A DNA stretch of 64,000 bases from Scyliorhinus canicula. Taxonomy: Eukaryota. Positions 11,404 through 23,199 of the stretch are shown here, in pieces. Location: assembly GCF_902713615.1 (NCBI RefSeq), contig NC_052158.1, positions 46,897,159 to 46,961,158 of the forward strand. Direction: 5' to 3'. Under the pieces are notes generated by a model. The model did no database searches. It was not told the DNA's origin and saw only the letters and a program-made list of their open reading frames with translations. The translations under genes and the position numbers were made by a program. Each line of letters begins with the position of its first letter. Position 1 is the first letter of the stretch.

Positions 11404-12297
11404 TTAGTTCAAGAATAATTTTTCACATATCTCGCATGTGAACGATTTCTCCCCTGCGTGAATGCATTGGTGTTTACAGAGTGTTGGTGATTTTGAAAAA
11501 GATTTGTTACACACCTCACACGTGAAGGGATTTTCCTCTGTGTGAATCCTCTGGTGAGATAGAAGGTTGTCTTTTCGTTTGAAAGTCATCTTACAAACAT
11601 CACAGCAGAAGGGTTTCTCCTCTGTGTGAACATGTTGGTGTTTACGGAGAGTCGATGACTGTGAGAATGATTTGGCACACACCTCACATGCGAATGGTTT
11701 CTCCCCAGTGTGAATACGTTGGTGTCTGTGGAGGTTTGATAACTGCGAGAATGATTCGTCACACATTTTGCAGGTGAAGGGTTTCTCCCCAGTGTGAATA
11801 CGTTGGTGTCTGTGGAGGTTTGATAACTGCGAGAATGATTTGTCACACATTTTGCAGGTGAAGGGTTTCTCCCCTGTGTGAATCCTCTGGTGTGATACAA
11901 GGTTGTTATTTTCATTGAAAGTCATCTGACAAACATCACATTTGAATGGTTTCTCTCCTGTGTGAAGACGCATGTGTTGACTGAGGTGCGATGACAGTGT
12001 GAATGATTTATCGCACACCTCGCACGTGAATGGTTTCTCCCCTGTGTGAATACGTTGGTGTTTATGGAGGTCCGATGATTCCGAGAATGATCTATCACAC
12101 ATTTTGCACATGAAGGGTTTCTCACCTGTGTGAATGTGTTGATGCTGATGGAGAGCCGATGATCGTGAGAAGGACTTGTCACAAACATCACACTTAAAGG
12201 GTTTTTCCCCTGTGTGAATCAACTGGTGCCTCAGGAATATTGTAGAGTTCACAAAACTGTTGTCACAAATATTGCACCTGAATTTTTTCCCTTCCAT
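11404..12297 (-). CDS. C2H2 zinc-finger protein, 297 aa, 10 complete fingers, no effector domain
   Basis: ATG at 12297; TGEKPF linkers; 11th finger truncated by stop; acceptor tttcctgttttacAG| with exon starting at 12743. Confidence 0.85.
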   Translation of the reverse strand: MEGKKFRCNICDNSFVNSTIFLRHQLIHTGEKPFKCDVCDKSFSRSSALHQHQHIHTGEKPFMCKMCDRSFSESSDLHKHQRIHTGEKPFTCEVCDKSFTLSSHLSQHMRLHTGEKPFKCDVCQMTFNENNNLVSHQRIHTGEKPFTCKMCDKSFSQLSNLHRHQRIHTGEKPFTCKMCDESFSQLSNLHRHQRIHTGEKPFACEVCAKSFSQSSTLRKHQHVHTEEKPFCCDVCKMTFKRKDNLLSHQRIHTEENPFTCEVCNKSFSKSPTLCKHQCIHAGEKSFTCEICEKLFLN

Positions 12298-13413
12298 GTG
12301 ACTGTCCTTGTGGTAACAGTAGATATGACAAATGCACCTTGGAAGATCTTGTAAACCTGTGGAGTCCCCGCACAGTTGAACGGCCTCCCACTTGTAGGAA
12401 TGAGGCTTGATGAATGATGGAAGCTCTCACCACACTTGGAGCCCACTCCTACTTCTTCCCAACCTCACTCTGACTGATCATCCACAGCTGAACCTTCAGA
12501 AAGGTTGGTTCTGATGGAAGTTTCCACACCACTGACCAGTTTCAGATCTGATGATATGGCAAAGCTCTCAATATCTAACCAACATCCAGATGGTGGCTTC
12601 ACTGCCCAACCTTAGCTGTGTTGAGCAATGCTGTGAAGGAACAGGATGTCTTTCCACAAATTTTCACGTCCTTTCGGAAATGGTCAGTATCTATCTGCGG
12701 AGCCTAGCCTCTGTATTCTCTGGTGCAGTATGGTGCAATCCATCTGTAAAACAGGAAAGGGAAACATGATTTCCTCCAACACTCTCTCTCTCCCATTGCT
12801 GAAGGGTCTGACTCCTCAGTCAGAGACTGTTCCACAGTGAGTGTCAGTCTGCTATTTTCGTGTGGGGGAACAGCAACAAGTCCTTTCTTTTTTCTCACCT
12901 GAATGTCACACATCCTCGGTTTCCAGCAGGGTCACTGGATAGTAACCAAAAACAGACAGTGTGGCTACTTTCTTGACTTCACCCAGTCCCAATCTACCGC
13001 GGCACCGTGAGAGACAATGGAAAAAACAGTTGGGCAGAGTGTAAAGCTGATTATCAATTCACCATGAACTCATGTTGGGCTGACACTCAGGAGAAATGAT
13101 AAATCAATGGAGATTTTTTAATTTCTCCCCTTGTTTTCCCAAATTATTTGAAGTAAACACACTGGGAAGGAAGTGCTAGAAGCTAAGGAAAATATTGCTT
13201 CAGTGCAGCTGGTTGAAGGGTTCTGGTTTATCCTGGGAAATTAGATACACTGCACTCAGTCAGACTGCACATCCCAAATTCAGCTTTCACACACAGCATT
13301 GGGCAAATCCAAGCCCAGGCTTTCAGCAAAGGTCGAGGTAAAATCTTTAAAGAAGACATTAAAATAAATTTAAATAAATGTGTCCCTGTCCCTCCCAGAA
13401 AATTACACTTCAC

Positions 13414-13452
13414 CTTCTCATATTCAGCAATGACCCATCAACAAAACTCAAC
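13414..13452 (-). other. 39-nt 5'UTR microexon, copy 2
   Basis: ttctgatttacAG|...GAAG|GTgaag. Confidence 0.6.
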
Positions 13453-13680
13453 CTGTAAATCAGAAGGGAAATGCTTCCAATAAACACACACAATATCCAA
13501 CACACAGCGAATCAAACAGTTCAGCACAAAGCACCGAGTAAACAGGTCTGTGAGCTGGATCTTCTCACACAGCATAAGGGGCATTTCCACAGCTGATTGC
13601 CCACAGGATAGTCAGACTGCCTGAACATTAGTGTGGATATTGTGCAATGTAATGATTGTAAATTCTGTTCCTTCACTCAC

Positions 13681-13930
13681 CATCTCCTGAGTTGGTTTTG
13701 AGTCCCTACAGGAAGTGAAGCAGCTGTGGTAGAGGAAGAGGAGAGAATGGGCAGAGTGGGTGGGCTTTCTGATTGACGTCTCTCACAGACAGTCCAAATA
13801 TTTCTGCAGTAACAGGAGTTTCCTGAAGTTTGGGAAACTGACCGGGGAAACGGAGGAGACTTTGAGCAGCAGATCAGGTGGGGATTTAAACTTGTCATTG
13901 TTCCATCTGAATAAGACCTCACTTATTGCA
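13681..13930 (-). promoter_or_regulatory. ZNF promoter/exon-1 module, copy 2
   Basis: ATG|GTGAGT at 13683-13675; CRE-like, CACCC and ETS motifs; upstream of ZNF 12297. Confidence 0.7.
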
Positions 13931-14845
13931 GCTGCTGTCTCAATTCTCCTGATAAACGTTTGACAGAGATTTCTAGAGTGCGAATAGTATTCTTCATCTT
14001 CGGAGGCTTTCAAACTGACAACCTCATTGTGGGATTGTGTACTTTCAGATATGGTTGACAGCAGATCAAAACAGGAAGACCAACAGCATCCAAAAGAGCA
14101 ATGCAGTGGTGGGATCAACACAGACACAGAAGAGTGAGGCACAGGACAGAGGGAGTAACTTACTCTCCTCTTCCTACCTAGCTCTGCTTCCATTTTCTTC
14201 TTCCTCGTCCTCTTACCTTGCTCTCCTTCCTCCTCAATCTTCTCCTTCCCTCCTCCAATCTGCCATCTCCCATCCCTCCCGCTCTCCTACTTTTCTCTTT
14301 CAGTAAATGGCATAAAACGGTTCATCTCATTGTTCTCAGTTGGGGCTGTGGTCATTTTTGTGATTGGTACCAGTTTCCTGGGTGATGGTTAGTAAACCAG
14401 TAATAAAGATCGCGAAATTTCAATTCATGTTTGATATAATTTACAGTTAAAATTCCTGATACGGTCAATTTCAGCCGGATTACATTGAAAAAATCAACAC
14501 AAATTGGATTAAACTTTCAGCCACAACCTGTCATTTATGGTTGTCACATATTTGTCAACGCGTTTTACTAAAGCAAACATGATTGAAAATTGTGTGCGAC
14601 CAATTGAAGCAATTTTATGTCAGAGTGGTACATTGTGACCTGATTGGCTTCATGCAGTGTGTGAAAATCTACAGGATGCACAACACGTGCATTGTCGAGA
14701 TTCAAGGATAAGTTCTTCCCTCTTTTTACAACGTGCTTGTGTTTCAATAAATGGTGGTTCGGATTTGCATAGAGAGTCCAGAGTCTGAGGAATTATTTGT
14801 GTGGCCCTGACAACAATCTTAATCCATGCAGCTCGAATAATCCAA

Positions 14846-14972
14846 CTGGAGTTAGACTTGAACCTACAACCTTGTTCTCTGAGTCATACAGTAGTGGTGT
14901 GGGTTCAAGTCCCACTCCTGGTCTTGAGCACAAAAAATTCTCACTGACACTCCAGTGCAGTACTGAGAGAAA
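14846..14972. mobile_element. DeuSINE (SacSINE1-like) head fragments, head-to-head
   Basis: GTGGGTTCAAGTCCCACTCC..CTGACACTCCAGTGCAGTACTGAG on plus, preceded by an inverted copy of its B-box region. Confidence 0.55.
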
Positions 14973-16117
14973 TATGAGGGGTTTGAAAACAAGCTCAAAA
15001 ACCTTACTAAAACTAACATTGAGCTTTCCTGGGAAGAGTGGGCTGTTCCTCAAGTTTTAATCCTGACAGAGTGTAAAAACTGTGCCCGAACAACAGAACT
15101 TTCATAAGTGAATGAATGCAGAATGGTTAATCAGCAGCACTGATTGAAGCCAATCACTTAAAATGTCCATTCCAGTTGGTACCAGGGACTTTACCACATT
15201 TCACAGCTTCAGGAACCCAGACACAATGACAACACTGAAACCTGCAACTCCAACTAGTTGCCAATTTAAATCAAATCAAACTTTCAGACTGCCAGTTTAC
15301 AGGGAGAAAGCATTCTGGACACACCCTTGGGACGTAACCCTCAGAAACTGAATCTATTACACCAGAAATCATCCGTGACTTCGTTAGTACTCTCATCTTG
15401 GAAGGAACTCTCTCCAACGGTCTGGAGAGCTAAGCTAGTAACTTATTTTGTTAACATTTCTTATAAATGGTATTTGAACTGTCTTGGGGTACTTAATTGA
15501 AATTTGTCCAAGTTGTTCCTTTTATTTAAGAATTGTTTAACTGATAATTGTTAAGCTATTTCTTTGATGTTAGTGTGGTTAATTCTGTATTTAAATTAAA
15601 GTTTGTTTTAACATAAAATATCTATTGGTCAGAGTCATCACCCCAGGGGTGAATTATCCTTTCCTCAGGTTTACATATTAAAAAAATGTTAGGGACTCTT
15701 GTCTGGGATTCTAACAAAGGTTGGAATCTGGCTCAGTATCTGAATAACACACAGCGCTTCGACACATACTGATGTCTTCTTTTAATGATGTTTGGTGACA
15801 AGGTCAAAGGTTAAATTAACCTTCTTGAAACGATTCGACTGATGATGGGAGAGGTTGGAGACAGATACTGCTGAGACAGACAGTGCTTTGGAAGGACAGC
15901 TTCCCTGTGAGCACTGGAGGCTAAACAACGCAGACATTTCTGTAAGGGAAGCAGGTGAGCCAACTCCAAGTCTATGTGGAGATGTTTGGTAAGAGAGGAG
16001 GTGAAGCAATCCTGGCACACATCACATTTGAAGGATTTGACTCCTATGTGGGTTCATTGATGTTCCAGAAGATCCAACATCTGTCTGAAGGCTTTATTAC
16101 AGAACTCACACCGAGAG

Positions 16118-17470
16118 TGTAGCGGGATCCCCCTTTCTAACTCCACCCAACGGGCTTATATTGGGCTTGACACCCCTTTGTCCACCCCTTTGATCACACT
16201 ACCCAGGTGATCCTCTCTCTCTTACCGGTTGACTCACAACCACCTTGCGCCTACTCCACTTGAGCAGCGCCCCCAGGAGAGAGAAGAAAGGAAAGTCTCT
16301 GCCCACCTTTATCTGGCAGTCTTTCCTGAGTGGGCGGTTTCGAGGCGCCCAGGGTACCCCTCGGTCCTAGACACCGGAATTATGGTAATGGATATTTACT
16401 ATTGTGACTTGGTCAGAGATAGTTGGTGAGGAATTGAAAACTCAAAACGGACTCCAATTGAAAGCCAAATATAGGTATTTATTAAACGTTCAAGGGTCAA
16501 TATCACCAAATGCTAGAAAACACCACAAAATGCCTTATGCTTTCAAAACTATGACTATGGAAGGAATACTAAACGGGCACCACGTAAAAGTTTACTTTAC
16601 ACAACTTTAGCAGTGTCTTAAAACTATGATAGATGCATGCAACCCCCTTTCCCCAAAAGCCTCATCCACTATAGTAATCTTGGGAACTTCGCGAACTTCC
16701 AGAGGATACTCACAATCCAAGTTCAAACTTAAACTGCTCAGTGGGTCTCAGGCTGCGTGCTGGAACAAATGAAAAGGCAGGCACCAGGAGCACGATGATG
16801 ATGAGCAGCAGTGAGGCGAGCAGCGTCACAAAAAGGAAGTGCTGGCAGGTCTGACCATTCTTTTTATACACCAAGTAAAGGCTACGGCCTTATCTGCTAC
16901 TGTGATCTTCAGCCCCCATTGAAGCATACGTGGGCTTAACCTCGTTATCTTCGGTATCAGGTGGGCTTAATTGCACCCTATTGTGCCTCCAGAGGTTGCT
17001 GAATGCTATCCCATTAAGGAAATGGGTTCTATCTTCCCTCTGGGCCAGGGCCATCAGCGCCTGTATTGAAACTAACCCAGGTGCATTGTTCTCCTGCCGG
17101 TCTAGTCTGGTGATGTCACAAACTCCTTTATCTTGCAGATAAACTAATCACCGGCCTGTCTGGGTTTCTGCTGCTTGTGGATTTTGAGAGTTGCCTCTCT
17201 AAACACACACACAGGGCTGAGGCTGCTGGGAAGTTTAGTCAAGGTCCTGCAGCCCCAAACATGGCTGTTTTTTACTGCTTTAAAGTTCAAAGTCCTTTTC
17301 CCAGCTCGTAAAAGGCTCGAATCTTGCCCGGAAAACCTACAAGAGTTCCCATGTGTGAGTGCATTGATAGACCAGAAGATACCCTGCCTGTATGAAAGTT
17401 TTGTCACACCTTGGTTTCCTTCAAGCAAGGCTTTATTGTGAATCACACACTTGGAAAGGTTACCCCGCTA
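16118..17470 (-). mobile_element. Probable solo LTR inserted in a ZNF 3' region
   Basis: Termini TGTAGCGGG..CCCGCTA; minus-strand TATAAAA near 16865 and AATAAA at 16483-16478; ZNF remnants on both flanks; terminal CA and TSD not seen. Confidence 0.55.
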
Positions 17471-17474
17471 TTTG

Positions 17475-18600
17475 GTTGCCATGATGAAGCAGGAGGTACA
17501 TTGACCCAAAGAATGATGTGTCTCCCACCTCTCACAGTCTTTCCCCACATGAATGTGTTGGTGCCTTTGGAGAATCAACCAGCACGAAAATGATTTATCT
17601 CACAATTCATGCAAAAGCTTTCTCTCCGGTGTGAATGCGTTGCTGAACGCAGTGTCACTGATTCAGTGAATGATTTATCTCACACTTTGCACATGAATGG
17701 TTTCTTCCCTTTTTGGGTTGTCTGATGAACTAGGAGCTTCGAAGACTTTGTGAAGGCTTTGTCACACACCACACACTTGAATGGTTTCTCACCAGTGTGA
17801 ATGTGTTGGTGTTTCACCATTGTCAATGAATGTGTGAATGATTTTTTGCATACCTCACGTGATTGATTTCTCCCTTGTGTGAATGCATCGGTGTTGTGCA
17901 AGTCTCGATGACCGTGAAGGATTGGTCACACATCTCACACTTAAAGGGCTTCACACCTGTGTGAGTCCTGTGGTGCATTTGGAGATCAGAAGATTGGGTG
18001 AAAGCCATGTCACAAAATTCACACCTGAAATATTTCTCCCTGGTGTGATTCCTTTGGTGTCTGATGCTCGAAGATACTGCAAAACCTCTATCGCAAACCT
18101 CACACTTGAAGGGTTTCTCCCGTGTGAATTCTCTGGTGTATATGGAGGCTTACAGATGTCACAAAAGCTTTATCACAAATCTCACATTGAAGGATTTCTC
18201 TCCTGTATGAATTGTCTAATGTTGCAGGAGGCTCAACTGTAAGGAGGGTTTGTCACACGTCTCACACTTGACAGCTTCCTCCCGTGTGAATGCTTTGGTG
18301 TGCATGGAGATTTGTTAACCATGAGAATGATGTGTCACACACCTTGCGTGGGTATGATTTCACCCCTCTGTGAATGCATTGGTGTGTGTGGAGGTTTGAT
18401 AGCTGGGCGAATGATTTGTTGCACACTTTGCCCATAAATGGTTTCTCCCCGGTGTGAATGCGTTGGTGAATGCAGAGGTACGGTAATTCTGAGATGATTT
18501 GAGGCATTCCTTGCATATGAATGGTTTCTTGCCTGTGTCAATGCGTTGGTATTTGCAGAGAATTGATGAGCCTGAAATGTATTTGTTACACCCTTGAATA
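17475..18600 (-). pseudogene. C2H2 zinc-finger pseudogene, about 12 finger remnants
   Basis: HTGEKPFKCVVCDKAFTKSSKLLVH etc. spread over several frames. Confidence 0.9.
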
Positions 18601-18639
18601 GAATTGAAAAGCAGAGAAGTGATGTTGAGTTTGTCTGGA

Positions 18640-18755
18640 ACTTTGACAAAGAGTTATTGAGACTCAAAACGTTAACGAGACTCAAAATATTAACCTCGTT
18701 GCCCCTTCACAGATGCTGTCTGGCCTGCTGAGAGTGCCCAGCATTTTAGGTTTCT
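18640..18755 (+). mobile_element. Penelope-like 3' tail fragment
   Basis: TTTGACAAAGAG..GACTCAAAACGTT..CACAGATGCTG..CCTGCTGAG matches the tail at 6895-6977. Confidence 0.6.
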
Positions 18756-18759
18756 GTCT

Positions 18760-19650
18760 CGAACCTTGTTTAGATTACACTTGGAGAGCTGTGCACAATT
18801 CATATCAATATACTGAAAAAGGAACTGGAGAAGGTGCAAAATACATTGATCCGGAAGATACTGAGAATTGAGTTTGTAATTATCAGGAAAGATTGAACAG
18901 GCTGGCTCACTTTTCCCTAGAAACGAGAAGGCTGGGGAAGACACCATAACAAATCTTTAAAATTATTAATTACAGGGCAGCATGGTGGTGCAGTGGTTAG
19001 CATTGCTACCTCATGGCTCCGAGTTCCCAGGTTCGATCCCGCTCTGGGTCACTGTCCATATGGAGTTTGCACATTCTCCCCGTGTTTGCGTGGGTTTTGC
19101 CCCACAACCCAAAGATGTGTAGGGTAGATGGATTGGCCATGCTAAATTGCCCCTTAATTGGAAAAAATGAATTGAGTACTCTAAATTTACATTAAAAAAC
19201 TTTTCATTATAAAATTAAGAATTTGGGAGGTAACTGGAGAGAAGATAATAATATAATAATAATCACTTACACCTAACAAGTAGGCTTCAATGAAGTTGCT
19301 GTGAAAAGCCCCTAGTCGCCACATTCCGACGCCTGTTTGGGGAGGCCGATACGGGAATTGAATCCGCGCTGCTGGCATTGTTATGCATTACAAGCTAGCT
19401 GTTTGGCCCACATTTCCCACTTGTGTGGAGGCGTTCAAATCTAGAGACCACAAATACAAGTTGTCAATAATAAATCCAATGATGAATTCAGAAGAAATTT
19501 TTTCCCAAGTGAATGATTAGAATCTGGTACCTGGTCCCACAGGGAATGGTTGAGGTAAATAATTTTGCTGTATTTGGTGAGAAGCCAGGTAAGTAAATGA
19601 GGGAGAAAGGAATAGATGAATCTGCTGATACATTGAGACAAAACAGGTAA
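18760..19650 (+). mobile_element. Old CR1 3' fragment with nested SINEs (A-tailed V-SINE 18974-19200 plus; family-B tail 19258-19410 minus)
   Basis: CTGGAGAAGGTGCAAAA, CCACAAATACAAG, AGAAGAAATTTTTTC CR1-like 3' motifs. Confidence 0.55.
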
Positions 19651-19962
19651 GTGTCGTGAGAACTTCAATCATTCACCAATCCTCATGAAGCACTGACTCA
19701 ATCCTACAGCTGAGTGACTGAACAAGTTTAAGTTGTGTAAGGGGCGTTCCACACGCTGATAGGATCTCCCAATACACAAGATTCATCTGTAGTATCAAAC
19801 AAGTGTAAATACATGGATGAGAAACTATTCAACTGTAAGGTGTGTGATCGAAATTGTGCATAGTTATCAACTCTCATGAATCACTAGCACATCCACAATG
19901 TACAGAATCTGTACAAGTGTGATGCGTTTGACAAATGCTTCTCACGGTCATAATCTCCGCAA
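19648..19962 (+). pseudogene. ZNF remnant (lead-in and first fingers), split by a solo LTR
   Basis: MDEKLFNCKVCD; homologous to 35420-35620; NLRNHKR resumes at 21090. Confidence 0.7.
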
Positions 19963-21089
19963 TGTAAGGGTCCTTCCTGTTTGTTCGCTGTTTATTGTCT
20001 TATTACCCTTTCTTTTATTCTTAGCTGTTACATTTTTGATTCATGGATGATTAATGGTCATCTCACTTTAAGGCAGGTAGCCTGTGAGAAGCCTGTACCT
20101 TTAATTCAAACAGAAGAATCTGGAAGCTGTGCTCTTTAAACTGGTGATTGCAGACTGGCTGGCATCAGTGAAGACTTTGTTTGATTGAATGGTTGGTGGC
20201 CAATGAAGTAGTCTAAAAGGCTGTGCTCTGCCTGGTAAGAGGTGATGATTAGATCTGGTCCCACTGCAATGTGTTTTAGAGCTTCAAGGATTGAGTCTTA
20301 TTTCAGTTTTGAACCTGGCAGCCCCAGGAAAGATCCTCCTATCCTTCCCCCTCTGTTTTTCTCCAGAATAGCTGTGTTTCTGAATTGGCAGAGTGCCTGG
20401 GTGACTCTATGTACAGGAGAACCATTACAGTCTGTACAAGCAATATTCAGAACTGACAAGCTCTCTCTGCAGAAGGGTAGAAGCTTAATGCAAACCTCGA
20501 ACTGAAAGCAAAGTTGAACAGCAAAAGGTGTCTTATCTGAAGGCCTGTTACCTTTGAATACTGCATTGTCTAAACTACAAAGATCCTGAATGAATGAAAC
20601 TGTAAAGAAGATCATTACAGGCTGCAAACCAAAAACTCTAATCTGCAGGCTTGCTGTGAAGAAAGTGTGCTGAAGAACTGTCTCCTTCTTGGGCACTCCC
20701 TCAGGGTCAAGGATGAATCAGAAATGACTAAAAAAACACCATCTGAGGCAAAGACTTATCTTTTGACTTTAACCCTTATTATTTTTCACCCCGGCCCCCT
20801 CTGTGTTTGTCTGTCTTGGGTGTATGTGTATAGGGTGGGGCAGTTAAAGTAGGAGTCGGGAGTTGTACAGTAGTGAACCAGTTGTATTGCTGCACTTTTT
20901 CATGATAGTTCTTTTTATGAATAAAAAGTAAGTGTGTTTAAACTTACAAACCTGGTGACTCTAATTATATGGTGGCCAAGGAACAAAGACTTTGGGTATT
21001 TTTACAAGAATTATTCAATAATTTACTTGTATTGTGACTGGGGCACGTGGGGCTGGAATGACTACGCACGAGCCCAAGATGTCATAACA
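19963..21089 (+). mobile_element. Solo LTR with 4-bp TSD
   Basis: TGTAAG..ATAACA termini; TSD GCAA at 19959-19962 and 21090-21093; AATAAA near 20920. Confidence 0.85.
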
Positions 21090-21096
21090 GCAATCA

Positions 21097-23100
21097 CAAG
21101 AGGACGATGTTTAGGGTGACAAAGACGGCTACAGACCCGGGGGGGGGGCGGTACGTTATGGTCAGCGGGGCCCTGGATGGGGCACTGGTAGTTCTAGTCA
21201 ACGTGTACGCGCCCAACTGGGACGACATGAGTTTCATCAAAAAGACCATGGCAGACATCCCGGACACAGCGACGCATCGACTAATCATGGGGTGGAGGGG
21301 GGGGGGGGGGGGGGGTGGAGGGGTTGGGGGTGGGGACTTCAACTGTGTACAGGATCCAAAGATGGACAGATCAAACCCCAAAACGGGGAAAACCTCAAGC
21401 ATGGCAAGGGAACTCAGTCACTTTATGGAGCAGATAGGAGCAGTGGACCCCTGGAGATTCGTCCACCCGGGGGAGAAGGAATTCTCCTTCTTCTCCCCAG
21501 TACACAACGTATACACCAGAATTGACTTCTTTGTGGTGGGGAAAATGGTGTTTCCAGGGATAGACAAAGTGGAATACTCCGCAATTGTGGTATCAGACCA
21601 CGCTCCACATTACATCGACGTGCGGATAGAGACGGGAAGGGCCCAGCGCCCCACACGGAGGTTGGACAGTGCCTTACTAGCTGACAAGGCCTTCAGTGAA
21701 AGGATAGTGCGGGCCATAGCAGAGTACACGGAGAACAACCAAAACGGAGTCTCACCCTCCACGTTCTGGGAAGCGCTAAAGGCCGTATTAAGAGGGGAAA
21801 TCATCGTCTTCAAAGCGCAAAGAGATAGGGAGGAAAGGGAGCTAGGCAGCAGCTGATCGACACCATACTGGAGGCAGACCGTAAATACTTCGAGGCTCTT
21901 AGAGTTTCTGGCATAGAGGAAAGAACTACAAAGGAACTTTGACTTGCTCTCCACCAGGAAAGCAGTGCACCAACTCCGCCAGGCGCGCGGGACGCTGTAC
22001 GAACACGGAGATAAAGCCAGCCGCCTGTTGGCACACCAGCTGAGAAAGAAGGCAGCCACCAGAGAAATTGCGCAAATCAGGGGTACCGGAGGCACGTTGG
22101 AAACAGAACTAGAGAAGATTAACAAAACCTTCAAGGCCTTCTACCAAGAGCTGTACACCTCAGAGCCTCTAAGGTGGGAGGCTGGGATGAACCGGTTCCT
22201 TGATGTACTGGACATTCCAGTCATGGGGAAGGGCAGAAAACGGGGCCTGGTAGCACCACTAGCACTGGGAGAGATCATGGACAGCATTAGCTCCATGCAG
22301 ACGGGGAAGGCGCCAGGACCGGATGGATTCCTGGCGGACTTCTACAAATAATTTGCGACAGCACTGGTCCCGCAACTGCGGGAGAAGTTCACAGACTCGC
22401 TAGCTAGGGGCACACTGCCACCCATGCTAGCACAGGCCTCTATCTCGCTGATACCTAAGAAAGACAAAGACCCAACGGAATGTGGGTCATACAGCCCATC
22501 TCACTGCTGAACGCAGACGCCAAAATACTGGCCAAAATCCTAGCCAAAAGGCTAGAGGACTGTGTATCAGAGGTGGTCACAGAGGACCAGACGGGCTTCA
22601 TCAAAGGTAGACAGCTTACCTCGAACATCAGGCGCCTGCTGAACGTGATAATGACCCCATCCGGGGAGAGAATACAAGAGGTAATTTTACATAGAATTTA
22701 CAGTGCAGAAGGAGGCTATTCGGCCCATCGAGTCTGCACCGGCTCTCGGAAAGAGCACCCTACCCAAGGTTAACACCTCCACCCTATCCCCACAACCCCA
22801 TAAACCAGCAACCCAACCCAATACTAAGGGCAATTTTGGACACTAAGGGGAATTTATCATGGCCGATTCACCTAACCTGCGCATCTTTGGACTGTGGGAG
22901 GAAACCGGAGCACCCGGAGGAAACTCACTCACACACGGGGAGGATGTGCAGACTCCGCACAGACAGTGACCCAAGCCGGAATCGAACCTGGGACCCTGGA
23001 GCTGTGAGGCGATTGTGCTATCCACAATGCTACCGTGCTGCCCCTCAGTGATCATCTCCCTGGACACAGAAAAGGCCTTCGACAGAGTCGAATGGAAATA
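21097..23100 (+). mobile_element. L1 ORF2 fragment (endonuclease to start of RT), disrupted
   Basis: NVYAPN, GGDFN, RIDFF, SDH (APE); KAPGPDG, PISLLNAD, DTEKAFDRVEW (RT). Confidence 0.95.
22688..23044 (-). mobile_element. HE1-like V-SINE nested in L1
   Basis: Full head, core and CR1-type tail. Confidence 0.9.
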
Positions 23101-23199
23101 CCACCGGGCTGCTAGAGTGTTTTTTGGGAGGCTGAGTGGGTGCGCGCGGAGGAGGCCTCCTGCGTGGGGACCTCACTCCAGGCCCTCGCCACGGCAGCA

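Noticed and set aside
12300-13680. KRAB, SCAN or BTB effector exon
   Set aside because: No such motif in any listed ORF; all frames after the acceptor stop within about 20 codons.
4144-15750. Further solo LTRs near 4144-4850, 7740-8570 and 15040-15748
   Set aside because: LTR-like composition, but paired termini and TSDs could not be fixed by eye.
21290-21336. Gly-rich insertion or G-quadruplex in the L1 endonuclease
   Set aside because: Homopolymer slippage at GGDFN in a dead copy.
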